Positions 33,379 through 45,452 of a stretch of 48,116 bases of DNA are shown here, piece after piece; the first letter of the stretch is position 1; every line of letters begins with the position of its first letter. The stretch is taken from the NCBI GenBank assembly GCA_965222115.1, contig CBDCTJ010000006.1:1-48116 (forward strand), written 5' to 3'. Both the position numbers and the translations under genes were made by a program. The DNA is from Planctomycetota bacterium (lineage in GTDB: Bacteria > Planctomycetota > PLA2 > JAEUHO01). The notes beneath the pieces are model-generated. The model was not told the DNA's origin. It searched no databases and saw nothing but the letters and a program-made list of their open reading frames with translations.

Positions 33379-36300
33379 ACAGCCTCATTTGCAATTGATG
33401 GAGCTGAAATAATTTCTCCGCAATCTTTAGGATCACACATTTTTGGATCAAATTTCCAATTACAGTATGTACTTTCTACATGTGCTACTTCATGACAACA
33501 ACCAGTATCTATATCGCAGTAAGCTCCACCTCCATCAAGTTTACCAGAAAGACACCAAGCTAATCTAAAGTCATTGTAAAGTAAACACATACATATAGCT
33601 TGCAAAGTTGTAGCTAATTCGTTTACTTTATCTTGAATAGGTTGTATACGTGAATTTTGAATACAGTTAGATAAAGTACCTATTGCTGTACCCATATTTT
33701 GTAAATCTATTTGTGTTTTGCCTAGTTCAGTATCTTGTGCGGCTAAAGCACCAACCATATCTTTCATAAAGCATGCAAGAAAGGTTCGTACTGTGTCTAA
33801 TCCAGTTATAGCTGACAATGCACCGCTACCAGGTTTCCATCCTTTGGGTACTGGCATAGAAAACCGTAATTTTTCAAGCAAAGCTGCATTACTGATTACT
33901 TGTCCAGGATTAGTTACTGTACCACTATCGCACATCCATTTTAAGCATGTTGGAGGTGGACATTGTTGTCCTGGTCCTGTAGTTTTTGTAGCGTATTCAT
34001 TACTACGATTGAAGTCACGTTGCGTTGTAGTGGCGCTTGTTTTTACTCGCTGGTCTCCAATAGGATTAGGATCTCTGCCATCGTCTGATGGGTTACCTTT
34101 TTGCATGCATTCTTGAAATTGTCTGAACTGTTCCATTTTGGCTTCAAGTTCAGCTACAGTTCTTTCTAAGCTTGTACTACGTTTAGCTTTTTCTATTTCT
34201 CTAGCAAAAATACTAGATGTGCCTATTTGAACTTCATTAGTATTAGTAAGAAAGTTCCAAGTCCATGATATAGGAATTAAGTCTTCAGATTCCCATCCTG
34301 TTGTAGACCTTGCAGCAGAAGACAACGTTAATTTTTTAGTAAATAATATGTTATCCCAGTCAAGACCTCTATACGTAACAGTACCTGACCATGGCATTAG
34401 TGAACGCCATTTAACTCGCTCTTCGAGAATTGCTAACCAGTCTGCTTTTTGTGCGCTATACTTAAACCCAGAATCTTCAATATCTTCTACTCTAGTTACG
34501 CCTAAGTCGCCTAATTCTGGTTTAGCATCTGCAGCTTCCCACAACAAAGAATTTTTAGAGAAAGCTGGTCCGTAGTATGAATTGTCTGCTTCAGGCCATC
34601 TTACACTAGCTACTGTTGTTTTCTTATACTTATACTTTAGATTTATAGCGCCGCCAGTTTCAATAATAGCTTCTGTTCTATCTTCTTGTACGCCACAAGC
34701 GCCTGTATTATCCAACCAGTTTACTATACCTACTTCAGGTAAAGTTACAGGTTCATTGACAAGAAAATGGCCGTCATCATCTGAAGTATCTTTTGGTAAA
34801 TCACCATAAATTGCAGGCCTAAGTTTAGATTTAAGTATAGTTTCAGTATCTTTACCGTATTCAATACCTAGATCAGCACATGAAGTTCTATCAATATTTC
34901 TTTTGGTCTCATCTGCTATTTGAAACAATCTGTATACGTAAAAGAATTTGTTTCTATTATTAGTAGTAGGATCACTCATGTATCCACTAACAGTAGCTCT
35001 ATTTCCTGGACTAGGTGCTGCAGATAAATTACCAGCTACAATAAAATCATACGTACCATCAGGTTTTTTACCAGTATGACTAAAAATTTGTAATTTATCA
35101 CCATCTGCAGGACCAGTAGTGATTTCAATTGTAGTACCTTGCCATTCATTAGCAAATGTTTCTTCATTAACAGCAGTAGTACTCATGTTAAGAAGATCTC
35201 TACCAGCAGGTCCTCCACCTGCTACATACGTACCAATTATATAACCTTGTGTTTGTCTTTGAGCTCGTTCTGGAGTCCATTCACTCTCGAGATTAGAATC
35301 CCATGCGTTACCTTTTTTAATACCTTTACTTTCATAATCTAGTATTTCTTCTACTATTTCTTCATTAACACCAGTAACTTCAGCTGCAGTATACACTGCA
35401 GATGTTTCTAAGTTTATGTCTACTTTAGGTAATCTTAATCCAGTAAACGATAAATCTTTAGCCACAAGACTAGACAAGTCTCTAATAAGAAATTGTCCTT
35501 TATCGTTAATCCATTACAGGTGCTTTATTTGCTTCAAGTCCAAGTACTTCTAGCATAAACTGATCTAGGTTACCGCGTACTACAGTTTTAGCTGGATTTA
35601 TTGTAAGACTATCTAATGTACCTTCTGCGTAAACTGGTTGTCCACCTTTTGGATCAGCTCCAAAATGAAAGTGTATTTTATCTTTATTTTGATCAAAAAT
35701 CTTCTTAAGAAACGCACCAGTACTTAAATTAGCAAATTCTTGATCGTAATCAGGATCTTTTTCATCATTTTGTACATTAGTAACAAGTGCATTCCATACA
35801 ATTTGCGGTGACAATGTTTCAGGGTGGCGTATTTTTACATATTGCCAATTAGCTCTATACCCGTAACATGTATAACTAATTGTTTCTTCTGGTGCAGATC
35901 CAGATTGAGGACGTACTCTAATCTTACCATGAAATACTCGAGTTCGTTCACCATTTATGTCAACAAATAATTCTACTATTTGCTCAGGTCTAAATGTAGC
36001 ATCAGTAAATGTTGTTTTTTGTACTAGTTCTAATGAATCTACGCCTACTATAGATTTAGTAAAAGAAACAATATAAATATTACTTTCAAGAAGAGCAGCT
36101 TCATCATACTCTACACCATCAACCTTTAAGAGAGTACCTGATGGGGAGGGGATACCGATACCGGTGTCGTAAGGCGTGTTTATTTCTACATGCTGAATTC
36201 TAACGGTACCACCAAATGATTGTGTAGCATGTAAAGTACCGAATCCTACGTAGCCTTGCGTATATACAAAACCATCAGTAGCTGTCATGTCTGGATTGTC

Positions 36301-36774
36301 AGGATCTTCGTTACCATTCCAGTATACTTTTAAAATGTCGTCTACTGCTTCTAGCTCTACGGTATACTGTAAATCTGCTACCAAAGCACTAGGAATTGTA
36401 AAAGTAGAACCTAGTTGTGTTGCTACTCCACCAACTATACGGTATAGTTTAATGGTAGGAGACCCTAAACCACTATCAACTTCTACATAGTACCCGTTTT
36501 TATTAGCTTTATCATACCGTATGAATAGTCTATGAATATGACCGGTTACACCAGGAGCGCCCCATGAAACGCGTGATCTGGCTCTGTAATTTCTAGTACC
36601 AGGTCTAACTGGTATAACATATCTAATATCTGATCCAGAAGCACCTTCTGCGATAACTTCTTGTGCATTAGTATTGTAAAGTAACTGTACAGCACCACCT
36701 TTAGTTTGTACTGCAGTTTTAAGTGGCGTTAAACTGGGACCATTTAATGGTTCATCATAAATGTTAGCAGCCAT
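33375..36774 (-). CDS. Tail tip/hub protein, ~1132 aa, split by one +1 frameshift near 35514
   Basis: Removing one base joins ...KAPV to WINDKGQFLIRDLSS...; lectin-like N-domain, hub-like RVFHGKI motif, coiled coil and Cys-rich C-terminus. Confidence 0.7.
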
Positions 36775-37502
36775 TACACTGCTCCAGTAAATATAGGCAT
36801 ATTGTCTGAGTCAAATTGGTACGTCATATTAAATCTATGGTCATCTTGAGAATTTTCTTGAACTTCTGGCAAAGCTTGGCCTCTATACTTGCACCGTCTA
36901 TAACATGAAAATGCTTTATAAACTGTGTAGTTATCACCTACACGTCTAGCTTCTTCCTCAACAAACCCGCCAAGTAATACTTCTCCAGGTATTTTATCTA
37001 TTGTTATTGAACCTGCCCCATTAGCTAAAACTTTAGCAAAAAAACCCTCATTAGCAGTTTCTGAACCTATCCAAACGTAATCACCATTTGATATACTTAA
37101 CGCAGTTAGATTGTCTACATTCAAGGCTACACTTGTTTGCTCACCCACTATGTCTGCACCTGGCTTGTTTACAAGTGTAGTTTTCGAAACATCATCCACC
37201 CATACTAAATCGTTAAATTTAAGTCCAGCATCAATAAAGCTACGCATTTCTTGCATAAAAGCTTTTTGGAGCTCTAATTGAGGAGTAGACGCACCTGTAT
37301 TACTACCATGAAGGTAAGACAGCACACTATACGAAAACTTCATAGACGGACTGTTTACGCTTACAAATGCTATATCTTGGTCTATATCTGTACCGTCGTT
37401 ACCACCTAGCCTAGATACAGATGGTATAATAGTAATCAATTCTGTACCTAAACGTATTCCACGAAAGTATGCGATTCTAGTAGATGGTGTAGTGTATGTC
37501 AT
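36774..37502 (-). CDS. Distal tail (Dit-like) protein
   Basis: Position directly after the tape measure; TAATG coupling on both sides. Confidence 0.55.
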   Translation of the reverse strand: MTYTTPSTRIAYFRGIRLGTELITIIPSVSRLGGNDGTDIDQDIAFVSVNSPSMKFSYSVLSYLHGSNTGASTPQLELQKAFMQEMRSFIDAGLKFNDLVWVDDVSKTTLVNKPGADIVGEQTSVALNVDNLTALSISNGDYVWIGSETANEGFFAKVLANGAGSITIDKIPGEVLLGGFVEEEARRVGDNYTVYKAFSCYRRCKYRGQALPEVQENSQDDHRFNMTYQFDSDNMPIFTGAV

Positions 37503-40500
37503 TATAGATTACCTACAGCTGCTTCTAATTGGCGAAGACGATCTTCTTGTTCTTTCTTTTGTTGTTGAACTCTTTCTATTAAAGTTGTAACAATTTTAGC
37601 TACACGTGCAGTACCTTCAAGAGTCATATTACCAAGCTCGGCGGTGTTGATCCCCACAGCTTCAAGCGCTTTTATTTGTTCAGCTGAAAAGTCCAAAAGT
37701 TTAGCAGTTTCGTCTTTCTTTTCAGCATTCAAAGCATCCATAGCAGCACCTAGATTGCTAAGCGCTCCTTCTATTTGCTCTGCCGATTGCTTAGTAGTTT
37801 CTTCTACAGCTGCTGCACTATCAGCAGCTTTAGAAGCTTCTTCACTCGTCTTAGTAGTTCCAGATGAACCGACCGAAGCAGACTCACCTTGCGCAGATTC
37901 TAGTGATTTCTTAAATATTTCACGTTGAGCTTTTCGTTTTTCAGCTGCTTTACGGAGTTCAGCAATTTTAGCTCTTCTAGCAAGTTCACGTTTGTAGCTA
38001 ACTCGAACAGGACCGAAAGCTCCTGGTCTCTGTTGAAAACCTGTAATCTCACCGTCTGCGTTTCTTAAAGGATCCCCAAGTGTTAATCCAAGAGGTCCTT
38101 GTCTAATACCAAAACCAGTACCTGCTATATTGCTTGTATCACCAAACGGTTGAAATGATTGCCTCAAACGATCTCTATTAAATTGTTTTCTGAGACGAAC
38201 TATATCTTGTTTACTAAGAGGTTTAGGTTTCTTTTTACGCTTTGGTTTTTTATTCTTGCCAAATTGGTCACCTTCAGCTAATGCTTGCAAAGCAACTTTA
38301 ATAGCATTGTCACCAATACTAGGTGCAGTTAAGCTTGGCGTTGCTTTTGGTGCTTTTCCAATAAATAGCCCTGTCGGATCATCAGCAGTGGGACCAACGT
38401 TAAGTCCAGCTAATGCTTTAGCAGTGTTTTGAGTATGGTTTTCTATAGCGCTAAGTGAGGATGATGTTTGTTGTACTTTAGCTTCAGTTTTGGTAGTATT
38501 AACAGTATCAAACAAGTTAACTTGTTTGCCAGCATTACCACCGTCTCCTCCTGCACCACCATCTCCACCGTTAGATACTCCATCGCCATCCTGGTCTGGG
38601 TTATTAGGATTAATACCGTTTGGTGAGTGTATAATAGCTTGTTCAATATTTTTAAGTAACTGCTGAGTTTTCTTTTCAGCTTCCTCTGCGAGCTCTATCA
38701 GCATCTACTCGTGCTCTAACTTCAGCTTCAGTAGATTTTTTGTAAACCTGTTATAATATCTCCAAATTCTGCAACAGGTCCAAAGTAGCTATCTTGGTCT
38801 TTAGGATCTATATCAAATCTACGCAATTGTGAAGTAGCATCATTTACAATTTCTAAACTTTCAGTAAGCAAACCAAGATCTTTACTGACTGCTTGATTTA
38901 TAGTTTCTGCAACTTCATCTGTTATAGTGACACCAATAGATTTAAGTTGATGAACAATAGATTGCTTTACATCTTTTGCTACATCGTCTGAATCAAATGT
39001 ATCTAACCCTGTAAAAGTATCATCGGCAGTACGAGCTCTCGACAAAATAACTTCAAAAGCTTTAGTTACCGCATTAATTATTTGTTTGTCTCGTTCATCA
39101 GCTTTTGCAAATTCTCCAAATCCAGGTCTAGATGAGTTTAGCGATCCAAATGTATTTATAGATCTAGCTAAGTTAGCACCAGCTAACGATGCGATACTTC
39201 TAGTACCAGTTGTTGCTAATTGTCTATCTGCTACAAGAGTGCGAGGCGAATCACTAGTAGCAAAATCAATAGGATTTTTAGCAAGCAACATAATTTCTTT
39301 TAGCTCGTTAGTTGCTTTGTTTATAAGTGGTTCAACTGTTTGTAAAAAATCAGCAAATGATGAGCGCATGAAATCAATCATACGCGCCCATAAAACTTCT
39401 ATTTCTTCAACTAGCCCTATAATTGGATTAGTATCACCAGCTGCAATAGCTTCTATACTAGTCCATAAAGACTTGAAACCTTTTTCAATACTAGTCCACG
39501 TTTTGGTTACAGTAACACCTAAATTTTCGTCTCCTAAAGCTTTTGCAAGTGTATCTCCTACTAATTGACTAGTAACTACTAAAGCTTTAAATATAGTAGA
39601 CATTACATTAAATGTCTGTTTAGCTCCATCTACAATTTTAGACCAATTTTTGATTATATAGTCTATAGCATCAAAAAAGTAATCAACTACATTAGTAAGT
39701 GCAAATTTTGTAGCATCTTGTATAGTTTTTCCATTTTTTAGAAAAAATCCGTCTATTTGACTAGTTAGTTGACCAACTCGTACAACAACTTGATCAGCGG
39801 CAGCAGCAAAACTTGGAGCTAAAGTGTTAAATGCACTTTTAAATGTATTCTGTATAGTATTGGTAACTACTTTAACTTTATTGTTAATAGTAGCAGTTTG
39901 TATTTCAAGACCAGCTTCAATAGCTTGACCAGTATCTTCTGTAATAGCTTTAATAGCTTGTGATGCTCTATCTTGAGCAGACACCATAGCTGCAAAAGCT
40001 GCCAATGCTCTTTTTTCAGGGATAATTTTTCTAAGTTGTTCTGGTTTAAGGTCTAGTGCACTGAGTTTCTGGACAGACTGATTAATACCAATAAAATCAC
40101 CAACAGAACGTTGAAATAACCCAAATTCATCTTTAGATCTTTTCAGTTCTTTACGTAAGTCTCTAAGAGCTAATTTTTGTGAGTGACTCCGCTTACGAAG
40201 ACGAGCAAGACTTTCTGCTAGTTTCTCCATTTGAGCAATTCTAGCTTCTCGTTGTGACAATCCTTTCTTTTCTTCAGCAGTATATGTTTTTAAAGATATA
40301 CCAAGCTGATCCATTGCTTTTTTAGCTTCAAAAGTTGGAGCAGCTAATGACAATACAAGGTTTTTAGTTCCTACAAATACTTGTCTAGGAACAAGACTTT
40401 TAGACGCAAGTACCAAAGTAGACAATAAGTCGTCTAGAGTAACATCAAAGTTAGCAGCAATACCCGATGCTGCTTGAATACCATCTGAAAGCTGTTTAAA

Positions 40501-42019
40501 ATTAAACCTACCAAGAATAGCAGTTTTAAACATTTTACTTAGTGTAGCTTCTGTATCTTCTGCTTTCAAATTAAAAGCTGAAAGAACACCAGTAGCTGCT
40601 TGAGCAACTGAAAAAACATCTGTCTCACTACCACCTGCTACTGTAGCTTTAGCAACCCCTTCAAGAACTTGAAGTGCTTCTTCGGGAGATGATTGTTAAT
40701 TGAGTTGATACAATTTCAAATAAACCAGACGCTAAGTCTTTTTTCAATAGAGGAAGTTTATTAGATATAGAAATAATTGATTCTTCAATAAGCTTAAATT
40801 TGTCGGCACCAATTTCAGGTGTTTGTGTAAAAATATCAGCTAATGAAGATTGGAAGTCTGCAAATTTCCTAAACCCAGTAGTAGCTAAATCTATACCTGT
40901 ACTAATTACTTTACCTAATACTTTACCAGCAAGATCGCCTACCTTTCCTAGAACGGAACCTACCGCGCTGAAAATACTTGTTATTGCGTCGCCTACTACT
41001 GTTAGGGCGGTTGTTACTAAGCTTGATACAGTATTTACTAAACCTTCTACTAGTCCGCCGGCTACCTCCACCAAACCTGAAATAGCATCTGTAATGCCTC
41101 TTACTATGCCAGATACTAGATTTGTTGTACCTACAAGCAAACCTGCAAATAAGAAACCTACTTTCGGAATAAAAAATGATAGCGAAGCAGTAAGGTTACC
41201 AAACAAACTAATAAATAACGCAGCAATACCACCAGCTGCTTTAGTAACCAATGATGATAATTGCGTTATTAACCGTATAGATTTTGGTATAAGTTGATTT
41301 AAATTTGTAAACCCAGATCTAAGAGTAGATGCTAAACTGGTTAATCCGCCACCAAGTTGTCCACCAAATAGCGATGCTTGGGATCCAGCTAAAGAACCTG
41401 CAAAAATTAAGTTGAAACCAGCGTTACGTAACCCACTAAAAAACTGGTCTATTCTCTTTTTACGTCTAAGTAATCTTTCTCGTTCTTCTCGTTCAGCTTT
41501 AGCTTCTCTTTGCCGCTTTTCTCTAAAGTATTGTTGTTCGCCTTGACGTCTAGCTCGTAGAACAGATTGTCTGTACCTGTTGGCACCTATAGCTATTCTT
41601 CTAGCATTTTTAGCTGCTTCGTTTTCAGCTCTAGTTCTAGCTTTTAGTTCTGTAGTTACTGCACGGGTTTCTTGATTAAGTTGCCTACGAATAATTTGCG
41701 TACGACGCAAACGCTTTCTTGCTAAGTCGCGTTGGTTTTTATTACCAGCATTTTGAATACGAAGTTGGAATCTTACTTCCATTAACTCCATTGTACGAAG
41801 TGCACGCTGTCTCTCATTTACAAGCTTACGTAAATCAGCAGTAGACTTTCTAGAGAAATCTCTAGACGCCTGAGTCATATTCTTAAAGGTACGAGTAATA
41901 GTGGCTGATGCTTGCGATTTAGATGCTTCACCAGTCAGACGTCTGAACGCAGCAATAGCAGTATTGACTGCATTTTGCGTAAGGTCAAGCGCCTCAATTC
42001 TGATAGTTACATCAGCCAT
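37502..42019 (-). CDS. Tail tape measure protein, ~1504 aa, split by +1 frameshifts near 40693, 38738 and 38687
   Basis: MADVTIRIEALD start; TP901-type core continues across the first break (GLFEIVS...PEEALQVLEGVAKA...APTFEAKKAMDQLGI). 37502..38704 could alternatively be a separate gene. Confidence 0.85.
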
Positions 42020-42031
42020 TACATTACCGAT

Positions 42032-42313
42032 TTAGCAGCCTTTTAAGAAACCAAACTCGGTGAGTTCGAGGACCAAATTGACAAATGGTGCTGATTGTTT
42101 AGGTCTTGCACCTTCTTTAGGCCAAGTTCCTGTATGTATCAAAACATTTATGTCTCGTACAGCATCCCATACCCATTTAGGAAAATGGGATCTAGGATCA
42201 GTACCTTTGGTTTTGAATCTTAGATCTGATTTATCTTTGTCTCTCCATCTATTTTTAGTTGAATCCCATCCTTCTCCAGTTAATTGAATCTGGAGTCCGT
42301 AGATAAGATTCAA
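42032..42313 (-). CDS. Tail assembly chaperone, T-like part (probably reached by -1 frameshift)
   Basis: -1 frame relative to the upstream ORF, weak TTG start, directly before the tape measure. Confidence 0.6.
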   Translation of the reverse strand: MNLIYGLQIQLTGEGWDSTKNRWRDKDKSDLRFKTKGTDPRSHFPKWVWDAVRDINVLIHTGTWPKEGARPKQSAPFVNLVLELTEFGFLKGC

Positions 42314-42888
42314 ACCGTAGGGTGAGTATCAGATCCCTCCTCAGGATCTAGTTCAATTAAGTCTGATACGGTAACTTTAGATAACCACATTGTAGCCATT
42401 TTAATCATGGTGTAAATTCTACCAGAAATGTACTTATCTAGAATTTGTCTAGCAGTAGCTTCTTTGCTAGAATAAATATTCCATAGATTTTCAAAATGAT
42501 GGCCAGTATCGTATGTTTTATTGTTAATTTTGAACGGTCTACGAACTTTATATTCTTCAGGAATTTTAGAAATGGATTCAATAACTACATTTTGTTCTCG
42601 CATGCGCTCTGTTTTAGATGTAGCTCTATCCATTTCTTCCATAGCACCAGATGAAGCTGCTACTATTTCAAAGTCTATTGTTTGTCCATTAGCATCAGGA
42701 ACTCTTACAATACCTGTATCATATCCTGTACGTTCAAACCAGTCTGGAGGTGGTTCAGATCCTGTTTGTATACCAATGATTCGCTTTTGAATAGCGATCA
42801 TCTTTTCATTGCCTAGAAGTTCTCTAACATCTTGCTCTTGTTGAATTGCATTATCGCCTTCATCTAGCGTAAAAATTTCGTCACTCAT
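42310..42888 (-). CDS. Tail assembly chaperone, G-like
   Basis: Between tail tube and tape measure; ends ...HPTV. Confidence 0.7.
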   Translation of the reverse strand: MSDEIFTLDEGDNAIQQEQDVRELLGNEKMIAIQKRIIGIQTGSEPPPDWFERTGYDTGIVRVPDANGQTIDFEIVAASSGAMEEMDRATSKTERMREQNVVIESISKIPEEYKVRRPFKINNKTYDTGHHFENLWNIYSSKEATARQILDKYISGRIYTMIKMATMWLSKVTVSDLIELDPEEGSDTHPTV

Positions 42889-42908
42889 ATTAGTCTCGAT
42901 CCGATTAG

Positions 42909-42971
42909 TATCCGGTTAAAGCGGGACTCGACAAGCTGGCAACCGGATAAACCGCATACTTGCCGAATCCC
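42909..42971 (-). promoter_or_regulatory. H-type RNA pseudoknot in the chaperone leader
   Basis: 13-bp stem GGGAUUCGGCAAG/CUUGUCGAGUCCC; loop UAUCCGGUU pairs with downstream AACCGGAUA. Confidence 0.7.
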
Positions 42972-43000
42972 TTGAGTAAGCTACAAACTTACCCCAAAGT

Positions 43001-44162
43001 TTACTCTGCTTTATAAGAAATTGGAAGACCTGTACCGTCATCCACTGCTTCAAAGTTTAGAGTTTGTTTCAAGTCATCTTTATGTCCACCTTGCCTTGGT
43101 GCTGTAGTAGCATCAAAACTGTCAATTTTAATTTCTAGAGCTTCTGTAAAGATATAGTCATCATCTACTATATCAAAGTCTAGAACATCAACAGTAATAT
43201 CCGTTGCAGTAGTATCAATAGCTGTTACAGTTGCTACAGATGTTTTGCTAGTATCCGCTGTACGGAACATCACAACATCACCAATAGCAAAGTCAGATGA
43301 ATCATCTACTGCAATTTCTACACCAGCACCTGCTGAGTATCCTGCACCATTATTTACTTGTGTTTTCTTAGATGTAGGATGAATGAACATCAAGCGAAGT
43401 TCACCTCTTACACCATTTCGTACCATTGCAGAAATTTCAGAATTTATATACTGTACTACTAAACTACCGGACACCGATTGTACACCTGTATTGATATACG
43501 ATCGAGTCAAATTGTTGTAGTCGAGTATCTGAAATGCGTGCGGTCCAGGTGATAACGCATTGTCTACTTGCAAATTAAATGAATCTACAGTAGCCAACAA
43601 ATCGTAGCTAGTTCCAGCATCTTTTGACATAAGAAAATGTCCGTACTGGAATACAAAAGACGCAGGTGCTGGATATGTTGGTATGGCAGGAATGCTACCA
43701 CCAGTAAGTTCTTGTTCAGAACGTCCCATAAGATCACATTGAAATTGAAGATCTGGTGAACCTTCAGATGCACTCATGGTAAGCTGATTTACATAGCATC
43801 CTAAATGTCGAACAGTTTCAACATTAGGTGTTACCCATGTAAAAGACCACGGAGTTAAACAACCAGAACCGTCTACTGCAATAGCGTAATCCAACAAAGC
43901 TTTTGCTGGACCTCCAGCTGGCCACAGACCAGTTGTTAACTGACCTGTAACATCTACAGCATTTCGGTTTCTGTATTTATCACCTCGTGCACCAACTTTG
44001 TATGGTTGGCTAGAAAAAGCCGCAGCTGCAGCATACAGTATATCCGTCATCATAAACAGGAATAGCAATATCGCTTCCTGCTCCATCATAAACTGAGTAC
44101 GCTGTCTCAGGACGACCAATAAGATACTGCAGAGCGCCTACGGTGCCTTGGCATCCAGGCAT
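43001..44162 (-). CDS. Major tail tube protein, ~386 aa, one +1 frameshift near 44033
   Basis: ATG 44162 with AAAGG RBS gives MPGCQG...GRPETAYS...IAIPV; GCYVNQLTMS, SFNLQVDN, VSGSL tube motifs. Confidence 0.85.
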
Positions 44163-44226
44163 TATACTATCCTTTTTATAAGCATCATAGGGCTAGATGC
44201 GAGTTGCAAGGCGATCGAAACTGTAT

Positions 44227-44757
44227 TTAACTCTGCATAAACGCATGCAAAGTGAATTGTAAATCTACTTGTATTGGAATAGCAAATTTCCAAAATGGTA
44301 GGTTATTTTTACTTATTTGTACACCTCTATTGGCAGAACCAACATACCATTTTTTAATGTATCCTAAAGGTATACCGTTACTGTCGTGAAGACAGGGGTA
44401 GTCGAACCAAAGTGCTCTAAGTACCAACCACAAAAACTTTTCACGAGTCCTTTGATCTCTGGAGGTAACGACCCCTGTAATAATAAATTGTTCGGGGAGT
44501 TCAATAGTTCTAGTAACTGCCCACCCATATTTTTGGGAAGGTGCGTTTCCAATATGAATAGCGGGTGACTCTGTGCTATTGATGCTCCGTGGAAATCCAG
44601 CACCTTCGGTGTCGTCAACTCTAAACGTAGTGAGTCCTGTTCCTGGGTTCTCACTATTCGCCCATTGATGGAGAAGGTTCGCGCCTCCTGTACTATCATC
44701 GATTCGTCGCCAGAGCGCATCTAAAACCTCAGCAAATGGACTATCTGGTAAGCTCAT
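44227..44757 (-). CDS. Probable tail terminator protein
   Basis: Position before the tail tube; SPAIHI motif. Confidence 0.6.
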   Translation of the reverse strand: MSLPDSPFAEVLDALWRRIDDSTGGANLLHQWANSENPGTGLTTFRVDDTEGAGFPRSINSTESPAIHIGNAPSQKYGWAVTRTIELPEQFIITGVVTSRDQRTREKFLWLVLRALWFDYPCLHDSNGIPLGYIKKWYVGSANRGVQISKNNLPFWKFAIPIQVDLQFTLHAFMQS

Positions 44758-45452
44758 GGGCCGAATCCAGATCCTTTAAGAATATCTCGGAGGAGTCGTT
44801 GTTCTCCACTTAACTTAGGTCGACCTCTTGGAGCATCGCCAAAATCAAAAGGTTTTGCTTCTCCTACTGTTATGTTTAAAGGTCCATCAGCTGTATGTAC
44901 AAAAGCGTCACCTTTTCCAGACAATGGTTTAAAAAGTTGTACTGCAATACCTTTTACTAGAGCAGCAATTTCAGTAATAACAAATACAGGACGTGTTCGT
45001 TCTTGAATAGCTGAAATTGCATCACTTATGTTAATATTAAGTGAATTAGCTGATACTTGTATAGCTTGCTGAGCAACAATTAAGCTTCTAGTACTCCATA
45101 AACGAGGTGTATCACCAGAACCTGGTAACCCACGATAATAGCCGTACCCACGCTTTCTATGTTGTTTAGTCGACAATTCAAGCGGTGCCCAAGCATCTAA
45201 ACTACCACCTGATACACCTATTTTGCTAGCAACAGATGAAAACCCACGACCACCTGTTTCATACTGAGCTGTAATATACTGTTTCATTACCACAGATGAA
45301 ACTTCCATCAACTTATTAAGTCGACGATTCATGGCTTTAGGACCAAATTTAGGCAAAAAATCTAAAGGATCTTTATTAGATACAGATACTTCAATACCAG
45401 ATGCTTTACCTGAACTTACAAGTGGCACGTAATTTAAAGCTACTACAGGCAT
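44754..45452 (-). CDS. Neck/tail completion (virion morphogenesis) protein
   Basis: QYETGG...WAPLELSTKQHRK...RP motifs. Confidence 0.65.
   Translation of the reverse strand: MPVVALNYVPLVSSGKASGIEVSVSNKDPLDFLPKFGPKAMNRRLNKLMEVSSVVMKQYITAQYETGGRGFSSVASKIGVSGGSLDAWAPLELSTKQHRKRGYGYYRGLPGSGDTPRLWSTRSLIVAQQAIQVSANSLNINISDAISAIQERTRPVFVITEIAALVKGIAVQLFKPLSGKGDAFVHTADGPLNITVGEAKPFDFGDAPRGRPKLSGEQRLLRDILKGSGFGP

Noticed and set aside
42909-42971. Known self-cleaving ribozyme class
   Set aside because: I could not fit hammerhead, HDV, twister or pistol core motifs by eye.
35500-44050. Stop-codon reassignment as cause of split tail genes
   Set aside because: Fragments are in different frames; TAG, TGA and TAA all end normal genes elsewhere.
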